A stretch of DNA of 64,000 nucleotides from positions 32,001 to 96,000 of the forward strand of contig JBBCJC010000005.1 of assembly GCA_037189525.1 (NCBI GenBank). Reading direction: 5' to 3'. The notes under the pieces were generated by a model that saw nothing but the letters and a program-made list of their open reading frames with translations, ran no database searches and was not told where the DNA came from. The DNA is from Gemmatimonadales bacterium. Its GTDB lineage: Bacteria; Gemmatimonadota; Gemmatimonadetes; Gemmatimonadales; GWC2-71-9. Positions 39,208-49,490 of the stretch are shown here, piece by piece. A program made the translations under genes and the position numbers. Each line of letters begins with the position of its first letter. The stretch's first letter is position 1.

Positions 39208-40325
39208 GACAATGCCTCGGCGTAAAGTGCTTCGTACTGCGGAACGACGATGTCGGCGGAGAACATGCGGGCCCGTTCGAGCGCCGCGGTGCGCATGGCC
39301 TGAAACGCTTGCGGGTCGCGCAACAGTTCGATGGCGCGCCGCGCCATGGCTTCGACCGAACCGGGCGGTTCGAGAATGCCCGATACCCCGTCCTCGACCA
39401 CCTCGGGAATACCTCCGGTACGCGAGCCGACGACCGGCAGCCCCGAGGCCAGCGCTTCGAGCGCCGCGAGCCCGAACGACTCAGTCTGCGAGGGCAACAG
39501 GAACAGATCGCTGACGCCGAGCAGACGCCCCACATCGCCCAGCCGGCCGAGAAACTGGACATCGTCATCGACCTTGGCGTCGATGGCCTCTCGCTCCGCA
39601 TCCGCGCGATCCGGCCCGTCGCCGATCATCACCAGCGTCGCCGGCATGGCGCGGCGGATCCGGGCAAAGACCCGAACCACGTCACGGACCCGTTTCACCT
39701 CGCGGAAGTTCGACACGTGCACGATGACGCGATGCCCGGCCGGCGCCAGACTCTGGCGGCAATCGTCGGGCGCGGGGGTGTATTCCGCCAGATCGACGAA
39801 GTTGGGAATCACCCGGATATCGCAGCCGGTGCAGCCGAAGGTGCGCGCCGTTTCTTCCTTGAGGAACTGCGAGACGGCGGTGACCCGATCCGAGCGCTCG
39901 ATCGAAAACTTGGTGATCGCGTAAAAGCTGCTTTCCTGCCCGACCAGCGTGATATCCGTCCCGTGGAGCGTGGTGATCACAGGCAACCGACGGCGGCCGA
40001 CCAGCATCTCACGCGCAAGGTACGCAGCGGTCGCGTGCGGAATCGCGTAGTGGACGTGCAGCACATCCAGTTCTTCCCGCAGTGCAACCTCATATTGTTT
40101 GCTGGCGAGGGCCAACGAATAGGGATAATACTCGAACAGCGGGTACTGCTCCGTGGTGTCGACTTCGTGGAAGTAGACCCCCTGCGCATATTCGCGCAGC
40201 CGGAACGGCATCGCGTAGGTAATGAAATGCACTTCGTGACCGCGGCGGGCCAGCGCGAGTCCCAGTTCGGTCGCCAGCGCACCGGAGCCACCGTAGGTCG
40301 GATAGCAGGTGATCCCGATTTTCAT
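39204..40325 (-). CDS. bshA: N-acetyl-alpha-D-glucosaminyl L-malate synthase (bacillithiol biosynthesis)
   Basis: MKIGITCYPTYGGSG, HVHYAIPHA, TTLHGTDITLVG, HVSNFR and ESFGLAALEA motifs. Confidence 0.9.
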   Translation of the reverse strand: MKIGITCYPTYGGSGALATELGLALARRGHEVHFITYAMPFRLREYAQGVYFHEVDTTEQYPLFEYYPYSLALASKQYEVALREELDVLHVHYAIPHATAAYLAREMLVGRRRLPVITTLHGTDITLVGQESSFYAITKFSIERSDRVTAVSQFLKEETARTFGCTGCDIRVIPNFVDLAEYTPAPDDCRQSLAPAGHRVIVHVSNFREVKRVRDVVRVFARIRRAMPATLVMIGDGPDRADAEREAIDAKVDDDVQFLGRLGDVGRLLGVSDLFLLPSQTESFGLAALEALASGLPVVGSRTGGIPEVVEDGVSGILEPPGSVEAMARRAIELLRDPQAFQAMRTAALERARMFSADIVVPQYEALYAEALS

Positions 40326-41260
40326 GCGGTGGCACTCCTTTCATTGGCACTGGCCCACGCCGCCGCGATCTCGCGCGCGAGTTCGTCGGGCGGACGCGTC
40401 GCATCCAGCGCGAGAACCGGGCCAGCGAGCTGGTGACGGAACCAGGTTTCCTGTCGTTTGGCGTACTGCCGAGTCCCGGTCGCAATCGCCTCGACGACGC
40501 TCTCGCGCGGCCGCATCCCGGTCAAGTACTCGACCGCCTCGCGAATCCCCACGCCATCGAGCCCCGGCGACCCCGGCAGCGCGCCATCGGCCATGGCGGC
40601 CGCCGCTTCCTCGATGACACCTCGGCGCACCATCTCCTCCGCGCGGACCAGGATACGGCGGTGCAGCACCGGGCGCGGCACTGTGAGGACGACGTACCAA
40701 GGCGCGACGCTTCCCGCGGTTCGCGCGGCGGCCTGCCAGTAGCTGAGCGGATACCCGGATAGCACCGCGACTTCGATGGCGCGCATGGCCCGTTGTCGCC
40801 CGCCACCTTTGAAGCCCGGATCGAGCCGCGATGCCCAGCGCACCAGCGAGGTCGGGCCAAAGGTGCCCACGATCGCTTCGAGCGATCGGCGCCGATCGGG
40901 ATCGAGCGGCGGCTCGCGGAACAGACCATCGACCAGGGTCCGGATGTAAAACCCGGTCCCTCCGACGATGACCGGGAGGCGGCCGCGGGCGCGAATCTCC
41001 TCGATCCAGCGCTCCGCATCGCGGGCAAACCGACCCGCGCTGTACCGTTCGCCCGGATCGATCACATCGATGCCGTGGTGCCGAACCCGCTTCTGTTCGC
41101 GCCGGGTGGCTTTGGCCGTGCCGATATCGAGGCGCCGATAGACCTGCCGCGAGTCGGCCGACACGACTTCCATGTCCCAATGCTCGGCCAGCGCCACGGC
41201 CACCGCCGTCTTGCCGACCGCGGTCGGACCGACGATGACCGGAACCCTATCTCCGGCCAA
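40322..41260 (-). CDS. miaA: tRNA dimethylallyltransferase
   Basis: GPTAVGKT, SADSRQVY, DIGTAK, VGGTGFY and YAKRQETWFR motifs. Confidence 0.95.
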   Translation of the reverse strand: MAGDRVPVIVGPTAVGKTAVAVALAEHWDMEVVSADSRQVYRRLDIGTAKATRREQKRVRHHGIDVIDPGERYSAGRFARDAERWIEEIRARGRLPVIVGGTGFYIRTLVDGLFREPPLDPDRRRSLEAIVGTFGPTSLVRWASRLDPGFKGGGRQRAMRAIEVAVLSGYPLSYWQAAARTAGSVAPWYVVLTVPRPVLHRRILVRAEEMVRRGVIEEAAAAMADGALPGSPGLDGVGIREAVEYLTGMRPRESVVEAIATGTRQYAKRQETWFRHQLAGPVLALDATRPPDELAREIAAAWASANERSATA

Positions 41261-42983
41261 ACCGTCGCTCCAGTTCGTCGACCGGCACCGTCACGATGGT
41301 CGAACGGCCATGGACATCGTGCGGTGGCAGCGCCGTCTCGAACAAACGCAGCAGCAAGGTGCGCATCTCCGGCTCCGAGAGCGGCATCCCGGCCTTGACC
41401 GCTGCGCGGCAGGCGTAGGTGGCCGCGAACCGTTCGAGCCGGTTTGCCCAGCCTCCGAACCGACCGCGGGCCAGGTCGGCCACCAGTTCGCGGAAGCAAG
41501 CTGTCGCATCGAAACGAGGATGCGGCGTCGGCACCGCGTGCAGCACTACGCTCCGCCCGCCGAATGGCGCCACTTCGAATCCGACCCGGGTCAGTTCGTC
41601 GCCGAACCGCTCGACCGCTTCGAGTTCGTCGTCGTTGAGTTCGACCGTGATCGGCAGCAGCAAGCGCTGGCTGGCAATCACCCCGGACTGGAAGTCGCCC
41701 ATGACCTGTTCGTAGAGCACCCGCTCGTGCGCCGAGTGCTGGTCGACGAAGACGGCGCCCTCGGCGGTTTCGAAGACGATGTAGGTGTTGCGCAACTGGA
41801 GGAGCGGTGTCGTGATCGTCCGCGGCGACACGTGGGTCACCACCGGGGCGGCGGCATCGGCCGGGTCACCAAACAGCTCCGGCATGATCTCCGGAGCAAC
41901 CGCCGATCGCTCGAGAACCGGCGCTGCGTGCCAACCGGGAACGGGCCGGTCCGCAATTGCCGTGATGGATGCGGAGGCGTCGAGCGCTCCCAGACCGAGT
42001 TTGACCGCCTCCTCGACCGCCCGCTCCACCGCGAACCGTTCCCGAAAACGGACCTCGAGTTTGGCGGGATGGACATTGACGTCGACATCGCCGGCTGCCA
42101 CCGAGATCCGTAACAGCAACGAAGGGCGATCGCCGGGAGCAATGGCCGAACGGTAGCCGTTTTCCGCCGCCCGGATCAGAAACGGATCGCGAAAGGGCCG
42201 CTCGTTCACGAACAGCTGAACCCGCCGTCCCGTCGGGCGCGCATCGGACGGCCGTTGGATCAGACCTTCGACCTGAACCGATCCGACGGCATGGCGCACC
42301 GGCACCATCGTCGCCACGACATCACGGCCCCAGACCACGCCCAACCGCCCGGTGAGATCCTGATCGGCGGGCACCTCGAGACGCCGGCTGCCATCGGCAA
42401 TCAGTTCGAAGCCCACATCGGGGTGCGCCAGCGCGAGAACGCCAACCGCTTCCCAGACGGCCCGCAACTCGCTCGACACGGAACGCAGGAACTTGCGGCG
42501 CGCCGGCGTGTTGAAGAACAGGCTGCGCACCGTGACCGTGGTGCCGCGCTGGCGCGCAATCGTCTCGACCCGGTCGATCCGGCTCCCGGTCAAACTGACT
42601 TCGGTCCCCTCCCCAGCCCCATCGGAGGTGGCGAGCGTCAGCCGGGACACGGAGGCGATGGCCGGCAGCGCTTCGCCGCGAAAGCCGAAGGTCTGGACCC
42701 CGACCAGGTCGGACGCCGCCACGATCTTGCTGGTGGCGTGACGGTCGAGCGCCAGCACTGCATCGTCGCGGTCCATCCCGCGGCCATCGTCGCTGACTAC
42801 GATGGACTGTTTACCGCCCTCGGCGATCTCGACGCGCACGTGGCGCGCGCCGGCATCGATGGCGTTCTCGATCAATTCCTTGACGACGGAGGCAGGCCGA
42901 TCGACGACCTCACCGGCCGCGATCTGATTGGCGACTGCATCGGGGAGGATGGCGATCCGGCGGCCGGGCATTGCGACAGACAC
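41247..42983 (-). CDS. mutL: DNA mismatch repair endonuclease MutL
   Basis: QIAAGEVVDRPASVVKEL, GFRGEAL, DVNVHPAK, DQHSAHERVLYE and ACRAA motifs. Start is 42983 or 42971. Confidence 0.95.
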   Translation of the reverse strand: MSVAMPGRRIAILPDAVANQIAAGEVVDRPASVVKELIENAIDAGARHVRVEIAEGGKQSIVVSDDGRGMDRDDAVLALDRHATSKIVAASDLVGVQTFGFRGEALPAIASVSRLTLATSDGAGEGTEVSLTGSRIDRVETIARQRGTTVTVRSLFFNTPARRKFLRSVSSELRAVWEAVGVLALAHPDVGFELIADGSRRLEVPADQDLTGRLGVVWGRDVVATMVPVRHAVGSVQVEGLIQRPSDARPTGRRVQLFVNERPFRDPFLIRAAENGYRSAIAPGDRPSLLLRISVAAGDVDVNVHPAKLEVRFRERFAVERAVEEAVKLGLGALDASASITAIADRPVPGWHAAPVLERSAVAPEIMPELFGDPADAAAPVVTHVSPRTITTPLLQLRNTYIVFETAEGAVFVDQHSAHERVLYEQVMGDFQSGVIASQRLLLPITVELNDDELEAVERFGDELTRVGFEVAPFGGRSVVLHAVPTPHPRFDATACFRELVADLARGRFGGWANRLERFAATYACRAAVKAGMPLSEPEMRTLLLRLFETALPPHDVHGRSTIVTVPVDELERRFGRR

Positions 42984-42986
42984 GCC

Positions 42987-45278
42987 TCAATCTACACGGT
43001 CGACCTGAGCAACGGAGATTGCCGGCACCCAGCCGCGGTTGCCGAAGCGATCACGCACCCGGACCCAATCGGCGCGCCGCTCTTCGACGGTAACACGGGT
43101 GAGTCCCGGCAGCTGACCTTCCTCGGGTGCCAGGCCATGCGGCGATCGCTTGAGGGCCACAGAGGCGGTGGCAAAGGCCTGCCCCCGAGGCAATTGCGGC
43201 CACGTCATTGCCACGATCGAGAGCGTGACACCCACGCCGATGGCACTCCAGCGAAGCCGCGGTCGATGCCGGAATCGGACCACCACGATCACCGCCAGGA
43301 TCCAGACCAGCGCCGAGATCAGGCCCCATTCGAGCCGCGAGATGCCGCGCGGCGGACGCGCTTGATGGAGCGGCTCGTACTGGCGCTCGAGCGTACTCCA
43401 GAGCGCCCGGGCCTCCGCCTGGCGCGGTGCCAACGCCAGTGCCCGGGTCAGGCGAGCGGCGGCGGCCGCGTCTTCGCCGCTCAGGTAGCGCGCCGCGGCG
43501 GCGTTGTACCAGAGCTGCCATTCGTCGCTCCGCTCGGCAGCAGCTCGTTCGAAGCCGGCGGCGGCAGCGTGAAAGGCCCCGTCGCGATATAACGTGGCCG
43601 GATCTTCCTGCGCAGCAACCTGGCGCCCGGCCAGCATCAGGATCAGCGCGAGTCCGGCGCGGCGGCGCACCACCCCCGGCGCCGTTTCGATTACGCGACG
43701 TGCTTCGGCACCCAGCGCATCTGTGGCGCCACCAGACCCGGGCGTAAAGCGGAGCCGGTCGAGTTCGAGCTTGAGCCGCGCGGCGTGCCCGGCGGCCTCC
43801 CGCGACAGGCCTGCACGCCGGAGCCCACCTTCCAACCGCTCCACCTGGCCGCGATCGACTTCGGGCACCAGTCGCACCACCAGCTGCTCGAGCGCCGCCA
43901 CGCCGTCGATCTCAGGCCGAGGTGCCGCGCGCTGACGACGGCGCCGCCGCGCAACCTCTGTCCCGAGGGCCACCAGCACGGGTAGCACGAGAATGGCCCA
44001 CCACACCGCCCGCCCTGGCTCGAGTAGTGTCAGCACCGCCGGGCGCGCACTCGGAACCACCAGAGGTGGCGCGGTTCGGCCGGCCGTTCGGCTTTTCCCA
44101 GGTAGAACCGGCACCACCATTCCGGGCGCCGTGGCAACCCGGAAACCGGAGTTCGCATCGAAGTAGTCATATCGAAGCTCCGGTAGCGCCACGCTTCCTG
44201 CGCTGTCGGCGACGACCAGGAAATGGAACGTCTTGGTTCCACCCAGCAACCCGGCCGCCAGTCGCTCCGCATCGCCCGTCTTGTCGAGATATGCGCGGGT
44301 ACCGGCTGGCCAGCTCACTTCGGGCGGCGCCCAGAACGCCAGGTTGCCGGTTCCCGACAGCGTCACTTCCACCGGCAGCGGTTCGCCCGCGTGCGCCGGC
44401 AGCGTCTGGATCCGATACGCGATGCGCAGGCCCCCCGCCGTCGGACCGCGAGACCCCGGCGGCATCCCATCGCTCGGAACCGGAAGGACCTCCACGGCCA
44501 CCGGCGCGCTGGTGGCTTCGACGGGACGTTCGGCCGACACCGCGCGCCGTGGCGGTATGGTGTACTCGAGCCGGGCCGGCGGGACCACGATCCGACCTGG
44601 CGTGAGCGGAAAGGTGACCTGATGGCTCACGAACAGGTCGTAGGTGTCGTTGCCGACCGCGCGCGTCGCAACGATTCCCGGAATCGCCGGCTGCGGAACC
44701 GACCAGACCCCCGGCAGCACGGCCGGTTTGAGCGTGGGCGACCGGCGCAGTCGCGCGCGCAGGCTGCGAGAAAACCAGGCGGCGGTCAGGACGTCGAGCT
44801 GGCCGCCCTGGTGGATCCGCGTGTCGGAGACCAGCGTCACCAGCGTGGCCGCTTCACCAGGCACCGGCTCCGGGACGCGCCGGATCAGCTCCAGGAGCCG
44901 CGGATTCCTGGCCGGGTCAGCCGCGGACGTGCCGACAACCGTGATCCGGACATCCGGAGCCGCATGCGACTCGTTGCCGACCGACACGACGAGTGGCGAC
45001 ATCGACCAGGTTCCGACCCGGGAAGCGCGCAGGGTCAATTCGAGCTGGTAGGCACGAGCGCCGGGCATGCCGACCACCACGTCATCCAATCGCTCGACAC
45101 GGCCCACCACATCGAACCCGGCAATCGGCGGCCGGTGGACCTGGAACGTCCCGGAAGCGGTCGACACGGCCCGAACGGTGAACACGACTTCTTCCCCGAC
45201 TGCGACCCGGCTTCGATCGGCCTCGGCCGTCACCGTCGTCCCCATCGTCTGCCAGAGCAGCATCAGCCATGCAAACAT
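42987..45278 (-). CDS. BatD-family protein fused to a BatE-like TPR/SH3 module
   Basis: Ig-like BatD repeats (LSGTGNL), TM segments, TPR (WYNAAAA) and an SH3b-like end (WVRVR..GWVP). Confidence 0.7.
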   Translation of the reverse strand: MFAWLMLLWQTMGTTVTAEADRSRVAVGEEVVFTVRAVSTASGTFQVHRPPIAGFDVVGRVERLDDVVVGMPGARAYQLELTLRASRVGTWSMSPLVVSVGNESHAAPDVRITVVGTSAADPARNPRLLELIRRVPEPVPGEAATLVTLVSDTRIHQGGQLDVLTAAWFSRSLRARLRRSPTLKPAVLPGVWSVPQPAIPGIVATRAVGNDTYDLFVSHQVTFPLTPGRIVVPPARLEYTIPPRRAVSAERPVEATSAPVAVEVLPVPSDGMPPGSRGPTAGGLRIAYRIQTLPAHAGEPLPVEVTLSGTGNLAFWAPPEVSWPAGTRAYLDKTGDAERLAAGLLGGTKTFHFLVVADSAGSVALPELRYDYFDANSGFRVATAPGMVVPVLPGKSRTAGRTAPPLVVPSARPAVLTLLEPGRAVWWAILVLPVLVALGTEVARRRRRQRAAPRPEIDGVAALEQLVVRLVPEVDRGQVERLEGGLRRAGLSREAAGHAARLKLELDRLRFTPGSGGATDALGAEARRVIETAPGVVRRRAGLALILMLAGRQVAAQEDPATLYRDGAFHAAAAGFERAAAERSDEWQLWYNAAAARYLSGEDAAAAARLTRALALAPRQAEARALWSTLERQYEPLHQARPPRGISRLEWGLISALVWILAVIVVVRFRHRPRLRWSAIGVGVTLSIVAMTWPQLPRGQAFATASVALKRSPHGLAPEEGQLPGLTRVTVEERRADWVRVRDRFGNRGWVPAISVAQVDRVD

Positions 45279-45281
45279 GGC

Positions 45282-46895
45282 CTACCAGTCCTTGTCCGCG
45301 GCGCTGCGCGCCACCCGTCGCCGGCGGACCTGCTCCGACCGAACCGATTGCTCCGCACGTTCGACCGAGCGGAGGATCTGCTCAGCCTCCGATGCCGTCA
45401 TCCCGGCCGGTCGAGGCGTGGGAGTGCCCGCGCCCGATCGAGGCTGCGGTGGGGTCGGCTGCGGCTGATTCGACGACGGCGGTGGCGGGCGCCGCCGAGA
45501 GACCAGTTCGAGGTTCCACTTGGTGGCAAACGAGGTGGGCGCCATGGTCAGCGCCTCCCGAAAGTGCTGGGCGGCCTGCTGCTCTAACGCATTCCGCTGC
45601 GCCGAGTCGGCCCGGGAGGATTGGAGCGCCGCGAGCCCCAGGTTGTAGAGAGCCTGGAAGCGGACGGTGGGGTCGAGCGATTCAGCCGCGGCGGCCAGGG
45701 AGGCGCGAGCGCTCTGGTAGTCGCCGGTAAACAGGGCCAGCGATCCGGCGTTGTACCAACTCGTATCCGCCGCCCGGCCGGCCTTCGCCGCTTCCGAGAA
45801 GGCCGCGATCGACCGGGTCGTATCCCGCGCGCGCAATCGGGCAATGCCGGTCGCGGGGCGCTGCGCAACAGCATCCGCGCCGAGAATGGCCAGCCAGGCA
45901 ATCGCCACCAGGGCCGCCCGTCGGCGGAGCGCCGCCTGCAGCAGCAGAATCGCAAAGGCGCCTAACGCAAAGGCCCAGGCCTTGGGTATCATATCCTCCG
46001 CGCGCTGCCCGCGGGCCGGACTCCGTTCCAGCGCCGCGAGCGTTTTCCAGACCGCGCCGGCCTGATCCGGAAAATCGGCCGGCACCAGAATCCCGCGGGC
46101 GGCGTCCGCCACCATACGGAGGACGTCGTCTCGCCGGTTGCTCAGCACGTCCTGTCCCGATTCATCCTTGACATAGCTCTGGATCTGGCCCGCGTCGTCG
46201 CGGAGCGGAATCCGGGTCGGGGCCGTACCGCCTGCACCGACCACGATGAGGGTGACACCTGCATCGCGCAGCGAGCGAGCCGCTTCCCGTACCGGAGCGA
46301 GCGAATCGTGAGTCTCACCATCGGTAAAGAGGACCATCGCCCGCGCGCCACCTTCACTGACCGCTTCGAGCAGTTCCCGCCCCTGGCGCAAGACCGTGGC
46401 GAGCGCGGTGCCTCCTTCGCTGGCCACTTCGGGATCGAGCGCGTCGAGCTGCAGTTCGACCGCGCCGTCATCGAGTGTCAGCGGAGTCAGGATGTAGCTC
46501 CGTCCGGCAAAGGCCAGCAGCGCTATCCGGTCGCCCCTGGCATCCTGAAGCAACCGGCGGCTTTCCCGGACCGCGTGCCCCAATCGATTCGGCGCCGCAT
46601 CTTCGGCCAGCATCGAACGGCTGATGTCGATGGCCACCACGACGTTGAGGGCGCGGGTCTCGGTGCTGCTCTCCGTCCGGCCCCAGCGCGGCCCCGCAAT
46701 GCCCAATCCGATCAGCAGCGCACCGAGCGCCACGGCCATGAGTCCGAGCCGGCCGCGTCCGGCCAGCGCCGCCTGGGTTCCCGACCAGGCCGCCGCCGCT
46801 CGCACCCGGCAATGCCTGGCCCACCACGCCACGGCCAGCACGACCAATCCGATGACCGGAGCCAGCCACACCGCCAGCGGCAGATCGAAGGTCAT
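45282..46895 (-). CDS. VWA-domain protein with C-terminal TPR (BatB-BatC-like fusion)
   Basis: DISRSMLAED MIDAS, PLTLD, TDGE, YNLG TPRs and a DKDW end. Confidence 0.8.
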   Translation of the reverse strand: MTFDLPLAVWLAPVIGLVVLAVAWWARHCRVRAAAAWSGTQAALAGRGRLGLMAVALGALLIGLGIAGPRWGRTESSTETRALNVVVAIDISRSMLAEDAAPNRLGHAVRESRRLLQDARGDRIALLAFAGRSYILTPLTLDDGAVELQLDALDPEVASEGGTALATVLRQGRELLEAVSEGGARAMVLFTDGETHDSLAPVREAARSLRDAGVTLIVVGAGGTAPTRIPLRDDAGQIQSYVKDESGQDVLSNRRDDVLRMVADAARGILVPADFPDQAGAVWKTLAALERSPARGQRAEDMIPKAWAFALGAFAILLLQAALRRRAALVAIAWLAILGADAVAQRPATGIARLRARDTTRSIAAFSEAAKAGRAADTSWYNAGSLALFTGDYQSARASLAAAAESLDPTVRFQALYNLGLAALQSSRADSAQRNALEQQAAQHFREALTMAPTSFATKWNLELVSRRRPPPPSSNQPQPTPPQPRSGAGTPTPRPAGMTASEAEQILRSVERAEQSVRSEQVRRRRVARSAADKDW

Positions 46896-47866
46896 CCGAC
46901 CCTCCGCGCCACCGTGGCGGCCGCCACCAATTCCAGCAACAGCGCACCGAGCGCCAGCATCAGGAAAGGCCCGGTGCTCTCATCGAGCGAGCGGTATCGC
47001 ACCATCTCGACCTGGTTCCGCTCCAACTGATCGATCTGCGCAAAGATCCGGCTCAACGCATCGCTGTCCTTGGCCCGGAAATACCGGCCTCCGGTCTGGG
47101 TGGCGATATCGGTCAGCAGCGCTTCGTCGATCCGCACCGGGAGCATTTCGTAGCGATAGCCGGTCAAACCGCGCCCGGTCGGAATCCGCGCCTCGCCTTC
47201 GGTGCCCACCCCGATGGTGTAAACCCGCACCCCCATCGCGCGGGCGGCTTCGGCCGCCGTTCTCGGATCGATGGCGCCGCGGTTGTTCTCGCCGTCGGTC
47301 AAGAGCAGCACCACCTTGGACGGACTCTCGATCCGACGCAGCCGATTGACCGCCGTCGCCAAGCCGCTGCCGATAGCCGTCCCGTCGTCGAGGGCGCCGA
47401 TCCGCAAGTCGAGCACCGCCTGTTCGAGTACCGGATAATCGAGGGTGATCGGCACCTGGGTCAGCGCCTCGCCGGCAAATGCCACCAGACCGATGCGATC
47501 GGCGTCACGACCGCGAATGAATCCGATGGCCTGCTGCTTGGCCACTTCGAGCCGGTTGGACGGCGCAAAATCCTCAGCCAGCATGCTGCTGGAGACGTCG
47601 ATCGTGATCACGATCGAGATCCCCTCGCGTTTGACGGTGGTCCGGTCGCCCGGAAAGCGAGGACCGGCCGCCGCCACGACCAGCGCCGCGAGCGCGAGCG
47701 ACCGGGCCGCCACCGGAAGGTGCGCAACCCAGGACGCGCGGGCCGCCCGGCGCGCCACATGGCCATCGGCAATCCGGACCGCCGGCGGCGGCCGGCGGCG
47801 GCGCCACCAGAGCCAGAGCGGAATCAAGGCAAGGAGCAGAAGCAGGATCGGACGGGCGAAGCTCAT
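46892..47866 (-). CDS. BatA-like VWA-domain membrane protein
   Basis: DVSSSMLAEDF, DRIGLVAFAG, GTAIG, TDGENN and IDEALL..IA..TGGRYFRA motifs. Confidence 0.88.
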   Translation of the reverse strand: MSFARPILLLLLALIPLWLWWRRRRPPPAVRIADGHVARRAARASWVAHLPVAARSLALAALVVAAAGPRFPGDRTTVKREGISIVITIDVSSSMLAEDFAPSNRLEVAKQQAIGFIRGRDADRIGLVAFAGEALTQVPITLDYPVLEQAVLDLRIGALDDGTAIGSGLATAVNRLRRIESPSKVVLLLTDGENNRGAIDPRTAAEAARAMGVRVYTIGVGTEGEARIPTGRGLTGYRYEMLPVRIDEALLTDIATQTGGRYFRAKDSDALSRIFAQIDQLERNQVEMVRYRSLDESTGPFLMLALGALLLELVAAATVARRVG

Positions 47867-48609
47867 CGTCCCTCCGTGACCCACCGCCTGGCGCGCAGAA
47901 TCAGCTCATCGACGTCGGCGGGCGGCGCATCCGGGCGGAACGCCACCTGATCGAGTTCGGCCAGCAAGCCGTCCCGCGTCGCCGCGGCCGACGGATCGGC
48001 GGCCCGCGTCCGCTCGACCAGGTGGGCCCACCCGTCCAGCGCCACCCGCAACTCGCCCGAGCGTTGCCAGCGATCGAGCCGATCGATGGGCGGAGGTTCC
48101 TCGGGCACCGCCGCGGGAGGTGCGCTGCGCGGCCGGCGCCGGCGGGCCAGCACCACCCCCACCGGCAAAGCGATCAGCGCGGCAAGCAGACCGAGTACCG
48201 TCAACGGAAGGACGGAGCGTTCATTCTGCTCCAAGAGCCCGGCAGCGGGCCGAGGTGTGATCGTGTCTACCGGTCCCGGTGGCAACACGCTCCGCACGGT
48301 CACGACAACTTCCCTGGCCCGCAGGGTGTCCGAACGACCGGCGGGATTCACCACGATCGGGCCCGGAATCGAAACGGCGTGCGTCCCCGGATACCAGAAC
48401 GCCACCGGGTAGCGAATGGTCGCACTATCACGGGAAAAGTCGACCACCGGCGGACCCAGCACCTGGCCGAGCTCACCGAGTACCCAGGGCTGGGGGCGAA
48501 GAATCTGATCGGCCGCCAACCGAACGGTCGACGTAACCCAGACCGTGTCGCCCACCGTCGGCACCCGGGGCGGCTGGAACGCCAGCAGCACAGCAAGCAG
48601 GCCGATCAT
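47863..48609 (-). CDS. Hypothetical membrane protein of the Bat operon
   Basis: Signal peptide, Ig-like segment (TVGD) and a TM helix. Sits between DUF58 and batA. Confidence 0.65.
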   Translation of the reverse strand: MIGLLAVLLAFQPPRVPTVGDTVWVTSTVRLAADQILRPQPWVLGELGQVLGPPVVDFSRDSATIRYPVAFWYPGTHAVSIPGPIVVNPAGRSDTLRAREVVVTVRSVLPPGPVDTITPRPAAGLLEQNERSVLPLTVLGLLAALIALPVGVVLARRRRPRSAPPAAVPEEPPPIDRLDRWQRSGELRVALDGWAHLVERTRAADPSAAATRDGLLAELDQVAFRPDAPPADVDELILRARRWVTEGR

Positions 48610-49490
48610 TTCGTCTTCCGCCGCTTGGGCGCAAACGCCCGGCGAAGGATCGGCGCGTAGTCCTCGGCCACGTCGATGGCCACGTGGCGCACCCCGGCTG
48701 CCCTGAGCCGCTGATTGCGTTCCGCGATCCGGCCGGCGGCAGCCTCGGTCCATCGGGTGCGGGCCTGCTGGTCTGACAGATCAACCAGATGTCGCGCCCC
48801 GGACTCGGCGTCGGAAAATTCGAACCAGCCGTCGCCCGGCGGCGTGACCTCGCGGGCATCATCGACGGTAACCGCCGTGACGTCGTGGCGTGCCGCCAGC
48901 CGCTTGAGCGGCGCATCCCAGTTGCCGCCCAGAAAATCGGAGATCAGAATCACCACGCCGCGATGCGCCAGCACCTTGGAGGCGTAGAGCACCGCGTTGG
49001 CAATGTCGGTGCCCTGATGTTCGGGACGGAAGGCGAGCAGATCGCGAATCAGCCGCAGGGCGTGCCGGCGGCCCTTCGACGGTCGCACCACATGTTCGAC
49101 CCGGTCGGTAAAGAGCAGCGCGCCGACCCGATCCTGCTCCCGCACGCCGGCCAGCGCCAGCACGGCCGCGATCTCGACGGCGCGGATGCCGCGCGCGACC
49201 GGTTCGCCCACGCGGGTGGATCCTGATTGGTCGACCACGAGCAGCAGGGTGAGTTCCCGCTCCTCGGTAAATGTTTTGATGAAGGGCGAGCCCAGGCGGG
49301 CGGAGACGTTCCAGTCGATGGCGCGGTAGTCGTCGCCCTGTTCATAGGCGCGCACCTCCGCGAACTCCATCCCCTGGCCGCGAAACACCGATCGCGACTC
49401 GCCGGCAAAGAGCGTATCGATGACGCCCCGGGTGCGAATCGCGATCCCTTTGACCTGCTTGAGTAACTCGGGGGAGACCCGAACCGTCAC
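48606..49490 (-). CDS. DUF58 family protein
   Basis: GMEFAEVRAY, GDDYRAIDWNVSAR, EERE, VDQSGS and ISDF motifs. Confidence 0.9.
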   Translation of the reverse strand: MTVRVSPELLKQVKGIAIRTRGVIDTLFAGESRSVFRGQGMEFAEVRAYEQGDDYRAIDWNVSARLGSPFIKTFTEERELTLLLVVDQSGSTRVGEPVARGIRAVEIAAVLALAGVREQDRVGALLFTDRVEHVVRPSKGRRHALRLIRDLLAFRPEHQGTDIANAVLYASKVLAHRGVVILISDFLGGNWDAPLKRLAARHDVTAVTVDDAREVTPPGDGWFEFSDAESGARHLVDLSDQQARTRWTEAAAGRIAERNQRLRAAGVRHVAIDVAEDYAPILRRAFAPKRRKTK

